Below are positions 41,840 through 53,487 of a stretch of DNA of 64,000 bases, one piece after another; the stretch's first letter is position 1; every line of letters starts with the position of its first letter. The notes beneath the pieces were generated by a model. That model searched no databases. It was not told the origin of the DNA and was given only the letters and a program-made list of their open reading frames with translations. Source of the DNA: an uncultured Thermoleophilia bacterium (GTDB taxonomy: Bacteria > Actinomycetota > Thermoleophilia > UBA2241); NCBI GenBank assembly GCA_963715985.1, contig CAVQSP010000011.1, positions 1-64,000 on the forward strand, read 5' to 3'. The position numbers and the translations under genes are program-made.

Positions 41840-43246
41840 GTGGAGCACAAGATCCGCACGAGGCTCGGCGACGGCTCGCTCGTGGAGATGACGGCGGCCG
41901 AGATCCGCGCCGACCTGGAGGCCGGCACCGAGCTCGGCGCGCGGCGCTCCAAGGCCCCCCAGCTCTCCCCCGCCGAGCTCGACCACCTGCTCGACATCTT
42001 CGCCAGCGAGGCCAAGTTCAGCGCCGTCGACATGGGCGACGAGGTGGTGCTCAGCTTCGACGGCTCCGGCAACCTCGACTGCGGCACACGCGTCGACGAG
42101 CTGTACAGCTACCAGAGCCATCGCGGCGCCGACATGCTCGAGCTGTTCGGCATCGACTACTCGTACAAGGCCGTCAAGACCATCCTGAGCTTCGAGGCGC
42201 AGTGGATGAAGACGGCCCAGCTCAACCTCATCGCGCCGCTGCAGTACGGCGCGATGCCCGACCTGGGCCGCTACTCCATGCCCGACGGGCCCATCCCCAA
42301 CTGGTCGGAGCTCATGCCGCTCGGCAGGATCGCCGAGGCCCGCGACGCGCAGGTGGCCGCCATCGAGCACGCCGTGGCCGACATGGTGTACGTGGCCGAG
42401 GGCATGTGGGAGGCCGGCGCCGACGGCCTCGACTTCGACACGGCCGGGGCCGCCGGCGACGGCGACTTCCTGGCGGCCCTCACGGCGATCGAGACCATCA
42501 AGGGCCGCTACCCGGACTGCGGCATCGAGCTCGGCATGGCCAGCGAGTACGTGCTCGGCATGCACGGCGAGCTCACCTACAAGGGCCGCCGGCTCGCCGG
42601 GATGTGGCCCGTCGAGCAGCTCAAGGTCGCGCAGGAGGCCGGCGCCACCATGTTCGGGCCGGCCGTCAACGTGAACACCACGAAGAGCGTGGCCTGGAAC
42701 GTGGCCCGCGCCTGCACCATCATCAAGCCCTGCATGGACGTCGCCGAGATCCCCGTGCACCCCAACGTGGGCATGGGCGTGGGCGGCGTGCCGATGAGCC
42801 CCTACCCCCCTGCCGATGCCGTCTCGCGCGTCTCGCGGGCCCTCGTGGACATCCTCGGCTGCGACGGCTTGTAGGTGGGCGTGGGCGACCCTCTGGGCAT
42901 GGCGTGCACGCACGCGCTGGCCTCGGGCATGGGTGGCATGCGGACCGCCGGAGATCTGGTGGGCCGCATGCAGATGACCCGGGGCATGCGCCTCAAGGAC
43001 GCCAAAGCCCACGTGGCGGGCAAGCTCGGCTGCGCCGTGGCCGACCTCGCCGACCCTATCGCCATGCACGACCTGCGCCGCGACTTCGGCCTCGGCCGCA
43101 TCACGGTGCAGGAGCTCACGTACCCCGGCCACGCGGGGGCCATGGAGGCCAAGTTCCGCATCGCCGAGGTGCTCGACGTACCGATCAACAGCGTGGACCG
43201 CTTCGCGGCCCACGCCGGCTTGACCCCGACGGGAGGACGAGAGTGA
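41840..43246 (+). CDS. mtbB: MtbB paralog 2; in-frame TAG at 42872..42874 (predicted Pyl345), 468 aa on read-through
   Basis: ORFs 41840..42874 and 42875..43246 are contiguous in frame: DGL*VGVGDPLGM. Confidence 0.93.
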
Positions 43247-44713
43247 AACGCAACCTGCAGGCAGGCGGCCTGCGCAGCCGCGGGCTCAGCGTCAACGTGT
43301 TCACGGAGGCGGAGCTCGACGACATCCACCTCGCCACCCTCGAGGTGCTGGAGCGCACCGGCATCTTCGTGGAGGCCGACGAGGCGCTGGACATCTTCAA
43401 GGACGGCGGCTGCCTCGTCGACCGCGAGCAGCGCGTGGTGCGCATCCCGCCGCACATCGTGGAGGACGCCATCCGCTCCGCGCCCAGCAAGTACGTGCTC
43501 GCCGGGCGCGACCCGAAGAACGACTTCGTCATGGAGCCGGGCCGCGTGGCCTTCACCAACTTCAGCGAGGGCATCAGCGTCATCGACACGGAGACCGGCG
43601 AGCACCGCGACTCCACGCTGGCCGACGTGGCCGACATCGCCCGCCTCAACGACTACCTGCCGCAGTTCGACACGCACGAGATCGCCGTGGGCGCCACGTG
43701 ACGTGCCGCCGGCCACCGCCGCCGTGCACAACACCGAGGCGCAGCTGCTCAACACCACCAAGCCCATCGGCATCGGCCCGCTCTCGGGCCTCGAGTGCCG
43801 GGCCATCCTGCGCATGTGCGCGGAGGTGGCGGGCGGTGACGACGAGCTCCGCGCCCGCCCCATCGTGTACGGCGGCGTATGCCCGGTGAGCCCGCTCAAG
43901 CTGCCGCGCGACGCCACCGAGGTCATCATCGAGTGCTCGCGCTGGTGGATCCCGGACAACATCCTCAGCATGGCCATGTCCGGCGGGTCCAGCCCGGTGA
44001 CGCTGGCCGGCACGCTCGTGGTGCACAACGCCGAGGTGCTCAGCGGCATCGTGCTGGCGCAGCTCACCGAGCGCGGCTGCCCGATGATGTACGGCAGCTC
44101 GACCACGGCCATGGACCTCAAGCTCGCGGCGGCCAGCGTCGGCTCGCCGGAGATCTGCCTGATCAGCGCCGCGGTGGCGCAGATGGCGCGGCGCTACTCG
44201 ATCCCGAGCTTCGTGGCCGGCTTGTAGGCGGACGGCAAGCTCGGTGACGCGCAGACCGGTCACGAGAAGACCCTCACCGGACTCACGGCAGCGTTGGCAG
44301 GGGCCAACCTGATCTACGGTGCGGGGATGATCGAGTCGGGCGTCACCTTCGACTGTGCCCAGTTCGTCATGGACAACGAGATCGCGCGCATGATCAAGAT
44401 GGTCGTGGGCGGCATCCGCGTGGACGACGAGAGCCTGGCCGTGGACGACATCCACGCCGTGGGCCCCTTCGGCGACTTCCTCTCGCTGGACTCCACGTAC
44501 AAGCATATGCGCGACCTCAGCCAGCCGGAGATCCTGGACCGGCGCACGCGTGAAGACTGGGAGGCGCGCGGCTCCACCGACCTGTACACGCAGGCGAGAG
44601 AGAAGGCGCGGGACATCCTGCGCGAGCACCACCCGGAGCCGCTGCCGGACGACGTCGCGGCGCGCATCCATGCCATCGTCGAGGAGACCGACCGCGCCGC
44701 CGGCGTGGCCTGA
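43243..44713 (+). CDS. mttB: Trimethylamine:corrinoid methyltransferase MttB; in-frame TAG at 44225..44227 (predicted Pyl); 1-bp insertion near 43697
   Basis: PVSPL, SMAMSGGSSPVTLAGTLVVHNAEVLSGIVLAQL, YGSSTT.MD, then PSFVAGL*ADGKLGDAQTGHEKT...GAN.IYGAGM. Confidence 0.93.
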
Positions 44714-44726
44714 GGAGGTCGCACGC

Positions 44727-46341
44727 ATGTCCACTGAGGCACAGGTCCAGGCTGCCGCGAGCAGCCACGCGCTCGACCTCGAGCGCAAGAAGCTCAAGAA
44801 GGTGCTGCACCGCTTCGACCTCGTCTTCTTCACGATCGCCGCCTTCATCAGCCTCGACACCATCGCGGTCACCGCGGCGTACGGCGTCGGCGAGACGTTC
44901 TTCTGGCTGGCCTTCCTGATCATCGTCTACCTGATCCCCTACGGTATGATCATCGCCGAGATGGGCTCGGCCTTCCCGGTCGAAGGTGGGCCCTACGCGT
45001 GGGTCCGCATGGCCTTCGGGCGCCTGGCCGGCCTCGTACACTGCGGTCATCTACTGGGGCTCGAACCCCGTGTGGATCGGCGGCACGCTGGCGGCGACCT
45101 CAGTGGCGGCCATCAACAGCCTGATCGTCCTCGACGATCCGATGAGCACGCGGCTGGTCCATCGTCGTCGGTCTCGCCGTCGTCTGGGTGACGGTCATGC
45201 TGTCGATGATCGAGATGAAGTACGGCAAGTGGACCGGCATCATCGGCACCATCGTCCGCCTGCTCACCCTGTTCATCTTCCTCGCCCTCGTCGTCGTCTT
45301 CCTCGTGCAGCACGGCAAGCCCGAGGGGACGATCACGGTCGCCAGCCTGAAGCCGACACTCCTGGGGTTCCTGGCCGTCATCGGCCTGCTGCAGTTCATG
45401 TTCGTCGGCTTCGAGCTGTCCAGCGGCGCGGCCGAGGAGATGACGAATCCTCAGAAGGACGTCCCCAAGATGATCCTCCGCTCGGGCCTGATCGCCGCCG
45501 CCATCACCGGCTCGATGATCCTCGGGGTGCTGCTCGTCATGAACGGCGACGCGCTCTCGAGCGTGGCCGGCTTCACCGACGCCTACAACTCGGTGGCCAG
45601 CGTGCTGGGCGGCGCCCAGACGGCGTTCAACTGGTTCATCTGCGCGCTCATCATCCTCACCATCATCAGCGCCGGCGGCGTGTGGCAGCAGGGCGGCGTG
45701 CGCATCCAGGCCATGGCCGGCCTGGACGGCGCGGCGCCTCTGTGGTTCGGCAAGTTCAGCAAGCAGGGCACGCCGCTCACCATGAACATCCTCTCGGCGA
45801 TCATCGGCTCCATCTTCGTGGTGCTCGTGTTCCTCGTCGCCGAGGGCAGCCTCGCGACCTTCTTCGCCATCATGGTCTCGGTGATCATCTCGCTCACGGC
45901 AATGATGTACATCTTCCAGTTCCCGGCGGTGATCATGCTGCGCAAGAAGTACCCGGACCATCCGCGGCCGTTCCGCGTTCCCGGCGGGCCGGGTTCCTGT
46001 GGCTCTGCGTCATCGGCGCCGAGACCATCGTCATCATCACCATCATCACGCTGCTGTGGCCGGGCCTGCTCGACAACGCCCTCGGGCAGCCGTACAGCAT
46101 CAGGACTACTGGTGGGGCGTGTCCCGCGCCTACTTCGAGACCGTCGACGCTGGGCATCGTCGGGCTTCTTCCTGCTGATGGCGGTCGTCGTTCTGGGCCA
46201 TCGGCAAGCGCAACATCAGGAAGGGGCTGGTAGGCGAGTACGACCTGCTGGCGATCGACAGCGAAGCGGTGGCCGAGGAGCGCAAGTACGAGGCCAGACG
46301 CATCCTCACCATCATCACGAGCCGAGGGGGAGAAGGCGTGA
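44727..46341 (+). CDS. APC-family amine/amino acid permease (several frameshifts)
   Basis: LKKVL.RFD, AEMGSAFP.EGG.Y.WV, FVGFE...AAEE..NPQKD.P, RPFRVPGG; end inferred from GTGA overlap. Confidence 0.85.
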
Positions 46342-47800
46342 GCGGTCCGCAGCGCCAGGCCTCTGGCACCCATCCGCTCCGACTTCGCGTGGCAGTTCCA
46401 CGACGAGGCGCAGCTCGCGCCGCTGCACGACGCCACCCTGCGGCTGCTGGAGACGACCGGCATGCGCTTCGAGTCGCCGAAGGCGCTCGAGATCCTCAAG
46501 AAGTGCCGGCGCGCCAGGCGGACGAGGGCGCTGACCGCGTCCGTCTCCCTCGCCGGCTCGTCGAGGAGACGCTCGCCCAGGCGCCGCGGCAGTTCACGCT
46601 CGGCGCCCGGCGACGCCTCCTGCGACCTGCAGGTCGGCTCCGGCTTCACCTACGGCACCACCGACGGCTGCGGCGTCGAGGTCGTCGACTGGCGCACCGG
46701 CGAGCGCCGCTCGTCGACCAAGGCCGACCTCGAGGCGGTCACGCGCATGCAGGACTGCCTCGGCTCGATCAGCTACTGGTGGCCGACGGTCAGCGCCGGC
46801 GACTGCGGTGAGACGGCGCAGCTGCACGAGATCGAGGCGGGCTGGAACAACACGAGCAAGCACCTGATGGGGATGGTGCAGGGCGAGACGCTCGCCCGCG
46901 CGGCCGTCGAGATGGCGACGCGCGGTGGCCGGCGGGGCCGAAGAGCTCCGCCGCCGGCCGGTCATGAGCGACCTCATCGGCACCGTGTCACCGCTGCTGC
47001 ACGACAGGGACGGCATCGAGGCCGGCCTGGTCTTCGCCGAGGCCGGCATCCCTGTCTGCTATGTCACGATGCCGAACCTCGGCACGACCGCTCCGGCCAC
47101 CAAGGCCGGCGCCTTCGTGCTCGGCGCCGCCGAGATCGTCGCCGCCGCGGTGCTGCACGAGCTCGCCGCTCCGGGCAGCCCGGTCATCGGCTCCGTCATG
47201 CAGATCTACGCCGACCCGCGCACGGCGCTCACCATGACGTCGCCGCTCGACGACCGCTGCCGCTTTCTCGCGACAGAGCTGCTGCACAGCTTCGGGCTGC
47301 CGGCGCTCGGCCCCTTCGGCGGCACCGACGCGGACATGCCGGGCACCTGGCTCGCCGGGGTCGAGACGATGCTGCAGCTGCTGCAGCTCCCGCTCGACGG
47401 CTGCGAGCTCTACACCGGCATCGGACTCACCAACACGTACCAGCTGTTCACCCCCGAGAACCTCATCCTCGACGACGACCTCTACCATCGCGCCAGGCAC
47501 GCGTTCCTCGACATCCCGATGGACGAGGAAGCGCTCGCGCTCGACGTGATCGACGCCGTCGGCCCCGGCGGGCACTTCCTCGCCCAGCCGCACACACGCC
47601 GCCACATGCGCGACGCGGTCGTGCGCGCGGTCAGCCAGGAGATCGCGGAGGACGGGCAGCACTACCGGGATCCCGTGGAAGTGGCGCGCGAGCGCGCCCT
47701 CGACATCCTCGCCAACTACACGCCCGAGCCGCTGGACGACGACGTGCGCCAGGAACTGCGAAGCATCGTGGACGCCGTGGACAGCGAGGCGCGCGCGTAA
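46338..47800 (+). CDS. MttB-superfamily methyltransferase without Pyl (frameshifted); close paralog of 39358..40830
   Basis: GCG.EVVDW.TGERR, WWP.V.A.DCG, AWNNT.KHL-like, GTTAPATKAGA, VGPGGHFL. Confidence 0.85.
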
Positions 47801-47886
47801 CTGCCGGGTGACGCGCGCCCCACAGGCCGCGAGATCCGTACGCGCGACGGGCGGGGCGGCCCATGGCCGCCCCGCCCGTCGCGCTC

Positions 47887-48696
47887 CTACTCCAGGAGCA
47901 TGCGGTCGACGGCGAACGCCTCGCCGGCGACCTCGTGGAACTTCTCGATGAGGTCGCCCACCTGCAGGCGACCCTTCTGCTCGTCGTCGAGGTCGAGGAC
48001 GATGCGGCCGGCGTGCATCATGATGAGGCGGTCGCCGAAGCGCAGGGCCAGCTCCATGTTGTGCGTGACCATGAGCGTCGTGAGCCCGCGCTCGATGACG
48101 ATGGTGGCGGTGAGGTCCATGATGGTGGCCGCCACCTTGGGGTCCAGCGCGGCCGTGTGCTCGTCGAGGAGCAGCAGGCTCGGCTCGGCGACCGTGGCCA
48201 TGAGCAGCGACATCGCCTGGCGCTGCCCGCCGGAGAGCTTGTTGACGTGCGTCTTGAGGCGGCCCTCCAGCCCCATCCCCAGCCTCGACAGCTGCCCGCG
48301 CATGACCTCGCGTCGCTTGTTGGTGACGCCCAGGCGCAGCCCGCTGCGCTTGCTGCGCAGCAGCGACAGCGCGAGGTTCTCCTCGATGGTCATGTCCGGC
48401 GCGGTGCCGGCGCGCGGGTCCTGAAAGACGCGGCCGACGGTGCGGCTGCGGACGTACTCGCGCTGCTTCGTCACGTCGGTGGAGCCCAGGATCACACTGC
48501 CGTTCGTGACCGGGAAGGTGCCGGCGACGGCGTTGAGCAGTGTGGACTTGCCAGAACCGTTCGAGCCGATGATGCTCACGAACTGGCCGGCCGGCACCTC
48601 GAGGTCGATGCCGCCCAGAGCGACCACCTCGTTGGCGGTGCCGGGATAGAAGACCTTGCGCAGGCCACGCAGTTCCAGCGGGGCCGGGACGCTCAC
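47887..48696 (-). CDS. ABC transporter ATP-binding protein
   Basis: GSNGSGKST, LSGGQRQ, LLLLDEH. Confidence 0.93.
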   Translation of the reverse strand: MSVPAPLELRGLRKVFYPGTANEVVALGGIDLEVPAGQFVSIIGSNGSGKSTLLNAVAGTFPVTNGSVILGSTDVTKQREYVRSRTVGRVFQDPRAGTAPDMTIEENLALSLLRSKRSGLRLGVTNKRREVMRGQLSRLGMGLEGRLKTHVNKLSGGQRQAMSLLMATVAEPSLLLLDEHTAALDPKVAATIMDLTATIVIERGLTTLMVTHNMELALRFGDRLIMMHAGRIVLDLDDEQKGRLQVGDLIEKFHEVAGEAFAVDRMLLE

Positions 48697-49592
48697 GTCC
48701 GCACCACCTTCTGGCGGATCGTCGGCACCGAGAGCGCGACCACCACGAGCGCCGCGGTGAGCAGCTTGAGGTCGGTGGGGGCGATGCCGAAACGCAGGCT
48801 CACGGCGATCAGCAGGCGGTAGACGATAGAGCCGCCGATGACGCTGAACAGCACCCAGCTGATGCTGCGCGCGCCGAAGATGACCTCGCCCATGATGACG
48901 CCGGCGAGCCCGGCCACGATGGTGCCGATGCCCATGCCGATGTCGGCGAACCCTTGCTGCTGCGCCACCAGCGAGCCGGTCAGCGCCACGAGGGCGTTGG
49001 CGAGGCCGAGGCCGATGATGCGCGTCAGCTGTGTGTTGGTGCCCATGGCGCGGATCATCTGCTCGTTGTCGCCGGTCGCCTGCAACGTGAGCCCGAACTC
49101 GGTGTGCAAGAACCAGTCGAGCAGGTACTTGATGATCAGGGCGAGCGCCGCCAAAGCGAGGATGAGGTTCCACGAGATCATCGTGGCCGAGAGAAAGTCC
49201 CCGACCTTCTCGAACACGCCGTCCACGCCCAGCAGCGGGATGTTGCTGCGCCCCATGATGCGCAGGTTGACGGTGTAGAGGGCCGTCATCGTGAGGATGC
49301 CGGCGAGAAGCTTCGGGCCGTAGTTGGAGTCCGAGTTGCCCGACTTGAGCAGGAAGTGCAGGAAGCCCGTGACGCAGCCCGCGCAGAGTCCGGCAAGCAC
49401 GCCTGCGGCAGTCGCGGCGAACGGCGAGTAGCCGTTGGTGATGAGGGTGGCCGTGACGGCCGCCCCCAGCGGCAGGCTGCCGTCCACGGTGAGGTCGGGG
49501 AAGTCGAGCACGCGGAACGTGAGGAAGACGCCGAGGACCATGAAGCCGTACAACAGGCCCTGCTCCAGAGCGCTGGTGACTATCACTTGCAC
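48693..49592 (-). CDS. ABC transporter permease (TrpY-like)
   Basis: FRVLDFPDLTVDGS.PLG, G.GTIV.GLA. Confidence 0.92.
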   Translation of the reverse strand: MQVIVTSALEQGLLYGFMVLGVFLTFRVLDFPDLTVDGSLPLGAAVTATLITNGYSPFAATAAGVLAGLCAGCVTGFLHFLLKSGNSDSNYGPKLLAGILTMTALYTVNLRIMGRSNIPLLGVDGVFEKVGDFLSATMISWNLILALAALALIIKYLLDWFLHTEFGLTLQATGDNEQMIRAMGTNTQLTRIIGLGLANALVALTGSLVAQQQGFADIGMGIGTIVAGLAGVIMGEVIFGARSISWVLFSVIGGSIVYRLLIAVSLRFGIAPTDLKLLTAALVVVALSVPTIRQKVVRT

Positions 49593-49687
49593 GTGCCGTC
49601 TCTCCTTGTGTCCGGGGCCGGGACCGCTGGTGCGGTCCCGGCCCCGGGAAGTCTATCGCGCCCGCGGCGGGCGCTGCCAGCCGCGGC

Positions 49688-50707
49688 TCAGTACTTGTTG
49701 ACGGCCTTGTCGATGAGGTCCTGCGGGATGGTGACGCCCTGCGCGGCTGCAGCCTTCTCGTTGATCGAGAGCTGCAGGTTCTGGGCGAACTCCACCGGGA
49801 TCTCGGCGATGGGCGTGCCGCTGAGGATCTTGCCGACGATGGCGCCGGTCTGCTTGCCGAGGTCGTAGTAGTCGAAGCCGTAGCAGGCGACGGCGCCGCG
49901 CTTGACGCTGTCGGGGTCGCCGGCCAGCAGCGGGATCTTGTTCTGATTGCACACCTTGATGATGGACTCGAGCGCCGAGACGGCGGTGTTGTCGCCGATC
50001 ACGGCGATGGCGTCGACGCGACCGATCAGGGACTGGGCCGCAGCCTGCACCTCGGCCGAGGTGCCGGCCGGCGCCTTGACGATCGTGAGGCCCATGGAGG
50101 CGGCGTCCTTCTCGGCCTGTGTGACGAGGAAGACCGAGTTCGACTCGCCGGCGTTGTACACCATGCCCACGTTCTTGGCGTCGGGGCGGAACGTCGTGGC
50201 GAGCTCGAGGATGGGCTTGACCGGCTGCATGTCGCTGACGCCGGTGATGTTGCCCGACGGCGCATTGACATCGGTGACGAGGCCGGCGCCGACCGGGTCG
50301 GTGACGGCGGTGAACACGATGGGCCTGTCCGTGATGGCCTTGGCGAGAGCCTGGGAGGTCGGCGTCGCGACGCCGATGGCGATGTCGAGGTCATCGCCGG
50401 CGAACTTCTGCGCGATGCTGGCGGTGGTCGCCATGTCGCCCTCGGCGTTCTGCAGATCGTACGAGATGTTGGTGAAGCCTTCAGCGGTGAGCTCGTCCTT
50501 GATGCCGTTGACGGTCGCGTCCAGGGCGGGGTGCGTGACGATCTGGCTGATGCCGACGTTGAACGCCTGGGCCTTGTCGACCGCGGTGGGGCTGGGACTT
50601 GTCGAGGTCTCTGAGGTGCTCTCCTCGCTGCCACAGGCGGCCAGGGCGAAGGCGGCAAGCGCGACCACGAGTGCGAGCACCGCGAGCGTTCTGAAATGGC
50701 GGAGCAT
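49688..50707 (-). CDS. ABC substrate-binding lipoprotein (ABC_sub_bind, aromatic amino acid-binding type)
   Basis: LAAC, QIVTHPALD, FTAVTDPV.AGLV, GNITGVSD. Confidence 0.92.
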   Translation of the reverse strand: MLRHFRTLAVLALVVALAAFALAACGSEESTSETSTSPSPTAVDKAQAFNVGISQIVTHPALDATVNGIKDELTAEGFTNISYDLQNAEGDMATTASIAQKFAGDDLDIAIGVATPTSQALAKAITDRPIVFTAVTDPVGAGLVTDVNAPSGNITGVSDMQPVKPILELATTFRPDAKNVGMVYNAGESNSVFLVTQAEKDAASMGLTIVKAPAGTSAEVQAAAQSLIGRVDAIAVIGDNTAVSALESIIKVCNQNKIPLLAGDPDSVKRGAVACYGFDYYDLGKQTGAIVGKILSGTPIAEIPVEFAQNLQLSINEKAAAAQGVTIPQDLIDKAVNKY

Positions 50708-50876
50708 CTTTCTCCTTTCGAGTGCGAAGTAAGTGGAGCATTCTAGTTCTCACTACGGCGGAGTGACAAGCGCGAGTTCCGCAACGGCGTCCCCGTTTGC
50801 CCACGCGGTGTTCCGGGCCACCACAGGTGCGAGAGCTTTTGATACGACGCGCGGGAGCTGGGGGAAGGGGGCTGTT

Positions 50877-51800
50877 ATGGACATCGACCCGGTGTTCGTG
50901 GCCGAGCGCATCGAGACGTTCATCCGCGAAAGCGTGGACGAGTTCCAGCGAGATGGAGTCGTCATCGGCATGAGCGGCGGCATCGACTCGGCCGTGGTGG
51001 GCACGCTCCTCACGCGTGCCCTCGGGCCGGACCGCGTGCTCGCGCTGCTCCTGCCCGAGCGCGACTCGAGCCCGCGCAGCAAGACCGACGCCCTCCGCGA
51101 GATCGAGCGCCTGGGCCTTGCCTGGCGCGAGATCGACCTCACGCCGATGCTCACCGCGGCAGGCATCTACGACCTCCTGCCGCTCAGGCTGCTCGGTACG
51201 CGCCGTATCAAGGAGAGCGTGGTGCGGTGGGAGCTCCGCACGCGGACCAAGGCGATGGGCGAGACACCGTTTCGCCGGGCTCTGCTGGGCACCAGAGGCC
51301 TGGGCAAGGAGCAGCGCATCGTCGATGCGGGTCACGCCTATGCGCGTGTCAAGCACCGCGCTCGCATGCTGGAGCTGTACTACGTGGCCGACCTCGAGAA
51401 CCGCCTCGTGGTCGGTACGACGAACCGTAGCGAAGCCATGACCGGGTTCGTCGTGAAGTGGGGCGACAACGTCGCCGACATCGAGCCCCTCGTCCCGCTG
51501 TACAAGACGCAGGTCAGGCAGCTCGCCGCATACCTCGGCGTGTCCGACGAGCTCATCCGCAAGCCGCCCACCCCGGACCTGTTGCCCGGCATAGACGACG
51601 AGGACGCGCTCGGCATCGACTACGAGACGCTGGACATCATCCTCGAACGTCTCGAGCTCGGGTGGGACGCCGCACGCGTGGTGCAGGAGTGCGGCGTCTC
51701 CGCCTCCCAGGTCGACCACGTCGCGGAGATGGTGCGCCGCTCGCGGCACCTGCGTGAGCTCCCGCCGCATCCGGACCTCGAGACGGGCAGGCCCGTCTGA
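50877..51800 (+). CDS. nadE: NH3-dependent NAD+ synthetase
   Basis: SGGIDS, GTTNRSE, KWGD, LYKTQV, KPPTPDL. Confidence 0.92.
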   Translation: MDIDPVFVAERIETFIRESVDEFQRDGVVIGMSGGIDSAVVGTLLTRALGPDRVLALLLPERDSSPRSKTDALREIERLGLAWREIDLTPMLTAAGIYDLLPLRLLGTRRIKESVVRWELRTRTKAMGETPFRRALLGTRGLGKEQRIVDAGHAYARVKHRARMLELYYVADLENRLVVGTTNRSEAMTGFVVKWGDNVADIEPLVPLYKTQVRQLAAYLGVSDELIRKPPTPDLLPGIDDEDALGIDYETLDIILERLELGWDAARVVQECGVSASQVDHVAEMVRRSRHLRELPPHPDLETGRPV

Positions 51801-51813
51801 GCCGCCGCGTACG

Positions 51814-51855
51814 CGACGGGGGCGGGCGCCGCTCCTGCGGCGCCCGCCCCCGTCG
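51814..51855. terminator. Strong hairpin between convergent nadE and mtbB3
   Basis: CGACGGGGGCGGGCGCCGC / GCGGCGCCCGCCCCCGTCG. Confidence 0.7.
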
Positions 51856-51878
51856 GGCCGAACCGGTGTCTCGAGATG

Positions 51879-53270
51879 CTACAGCTGCGCACGCTCCTTG
51901 AAGAGCTCCACGCAGTTGATGGGGATGTCGAGCGTGCGCGCGATGTTGAACTTGGCCTCCATCATGCCGGCCTCGGACGGGTGCGCCGTCGAGGTCATGG
52001 CGATGACGCCGAGACCCTTGTCGCGGCGGATGGTCTCCATCGCCACGGGGTCGCTGAGGTCGCGCGTGGTGCAGCCGAGCTTGCCGGCCACGTACTGCTT
52101 GGCTTCCTTGAGTCGCATGCGCCTGGTCATCTGCATGCGGGCCACCAGATCTCCGGCTGCCCGCATCCCGCCCATGCCGGACGCTTGCGCGTGGGCACCC
52201 TCCATACCGAGAGGGTCGCCCGTACCCGCCTAGAACCCGTCGATCTTGAGGATCTCGACGAAGGCTTTGGATGCCCGGCTGGTGGCGTCGGCCGGCGGGT
52301 AGACGCAGTTCGGCACGCCGCCGACGCCCATGCCCACGTTGACGTGCACGGGGATCTCGGCGATCTCCATGGCCGGCTTGATGAACGTGATGGCGCGGGC
52401 GATGTTCCACGCCGTCGAGCGCCCTGAATTGATGTTGACGGCCGGCCCGTAGACGCTGGCGCCGGCCTGCTGGACCATGCGCAGCTGGTCCTTGGGCCAC
52501 ATGCCGGCCAGACGGTCACCGTCGTACGTGAGCTGTCCGTGCATGCCCAGCACGAACTCGCTGGCCATGCCGATCTCGATACCTAGCCAGGGGTACTTGT
52601 CACGGAGCGTGCGGCAGGCGGTGAGGGCGGCCAGGAAGTCGGCGTCGCCGGCCGCCCCGGTGGTGTCCATGTCCACGCCGTCAGTGCCGGCCGCCACCAT
52701 GTGGTCCGCCACGTAGCCGATGTCGTCGACGAGCATCGCCATGGCCGCCTCCTGGGCGCCACGGGCCTCGTCGATCTTGTTCAGCGGCAGGAGCTCGGAC
52801 CAGTTGGGGATCGGGCCGTCGGGCATGGAGTAACGCCCCAGGTCGGGCATCGCGCCGTACTGGATCGGGTTGGTGAGCAGGCTCTGGGCGATCTTCATGC
52901 TCTGGCCCTCGTGCGCCACGTTCACCTTGATGGCCTTGTACGAGTAGTCGATCTGCCAGAGCTCGACCATGTCCACGCCGATGAGCGTCTCGTAGGACTG
53001 CAGGTCCTGCACGCGGTTGCCGATGTGCTTGGTGCCGGTGCCGTCGTTGCTCATCACGACCTCGTCGCCGATGTCCACAGCCGTGAACCGGGCCGGCGAG
53101 GCGTAGATGTCGAGCAGGTGCTCGAGCTCGTCCTGCGTGAGCATCGGGACCTTGGCTCGCTTGGCCGCGAGCTGGGTGCCGTCCTCGAGATCGGCCCTGA
53201 TCTCGGAGCGGGTCATCTCGACCAGCGACCCGTCACCCATGCGCGTGGGGATCTTGGGCTCCACCGCCAT
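51879..53270 (-). CDS. mtbB: MtbB paralog 3; in-frame TAG at 52232..52230 (predicted Pyl347); final stop is also TAG
   Basis: [36 protein letters not shown]. Confidence 0.93.
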
Positions 53271-53487
53271 CACCTCCTGCGTCGTCCGGACCTTCGAGCC
53301 GGTGGCGTCGCGAGTGAGCCAGGTCGCCCGGTAGCGGGCGCGCGTCGGGGCCACACGTGGTCCGGGGATCCTCCGCGGGCAACTGTACAGCAGAGCCCGA
53401 CGGGCGTGCCACCGTGGGCGGCGGCGCCGGGGCGGACGCAGAGGCAGGCCCTGGCAGCCGTAAGCCGGCGACCAGGTGACGGACGGC

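Noticed and set aside
43690-43701. TGA at 43699..43701 in mttB as selenocysteine
   Set aside because: Homology resumes in a different frame, so this is a 1-bp insertion rather than read-through
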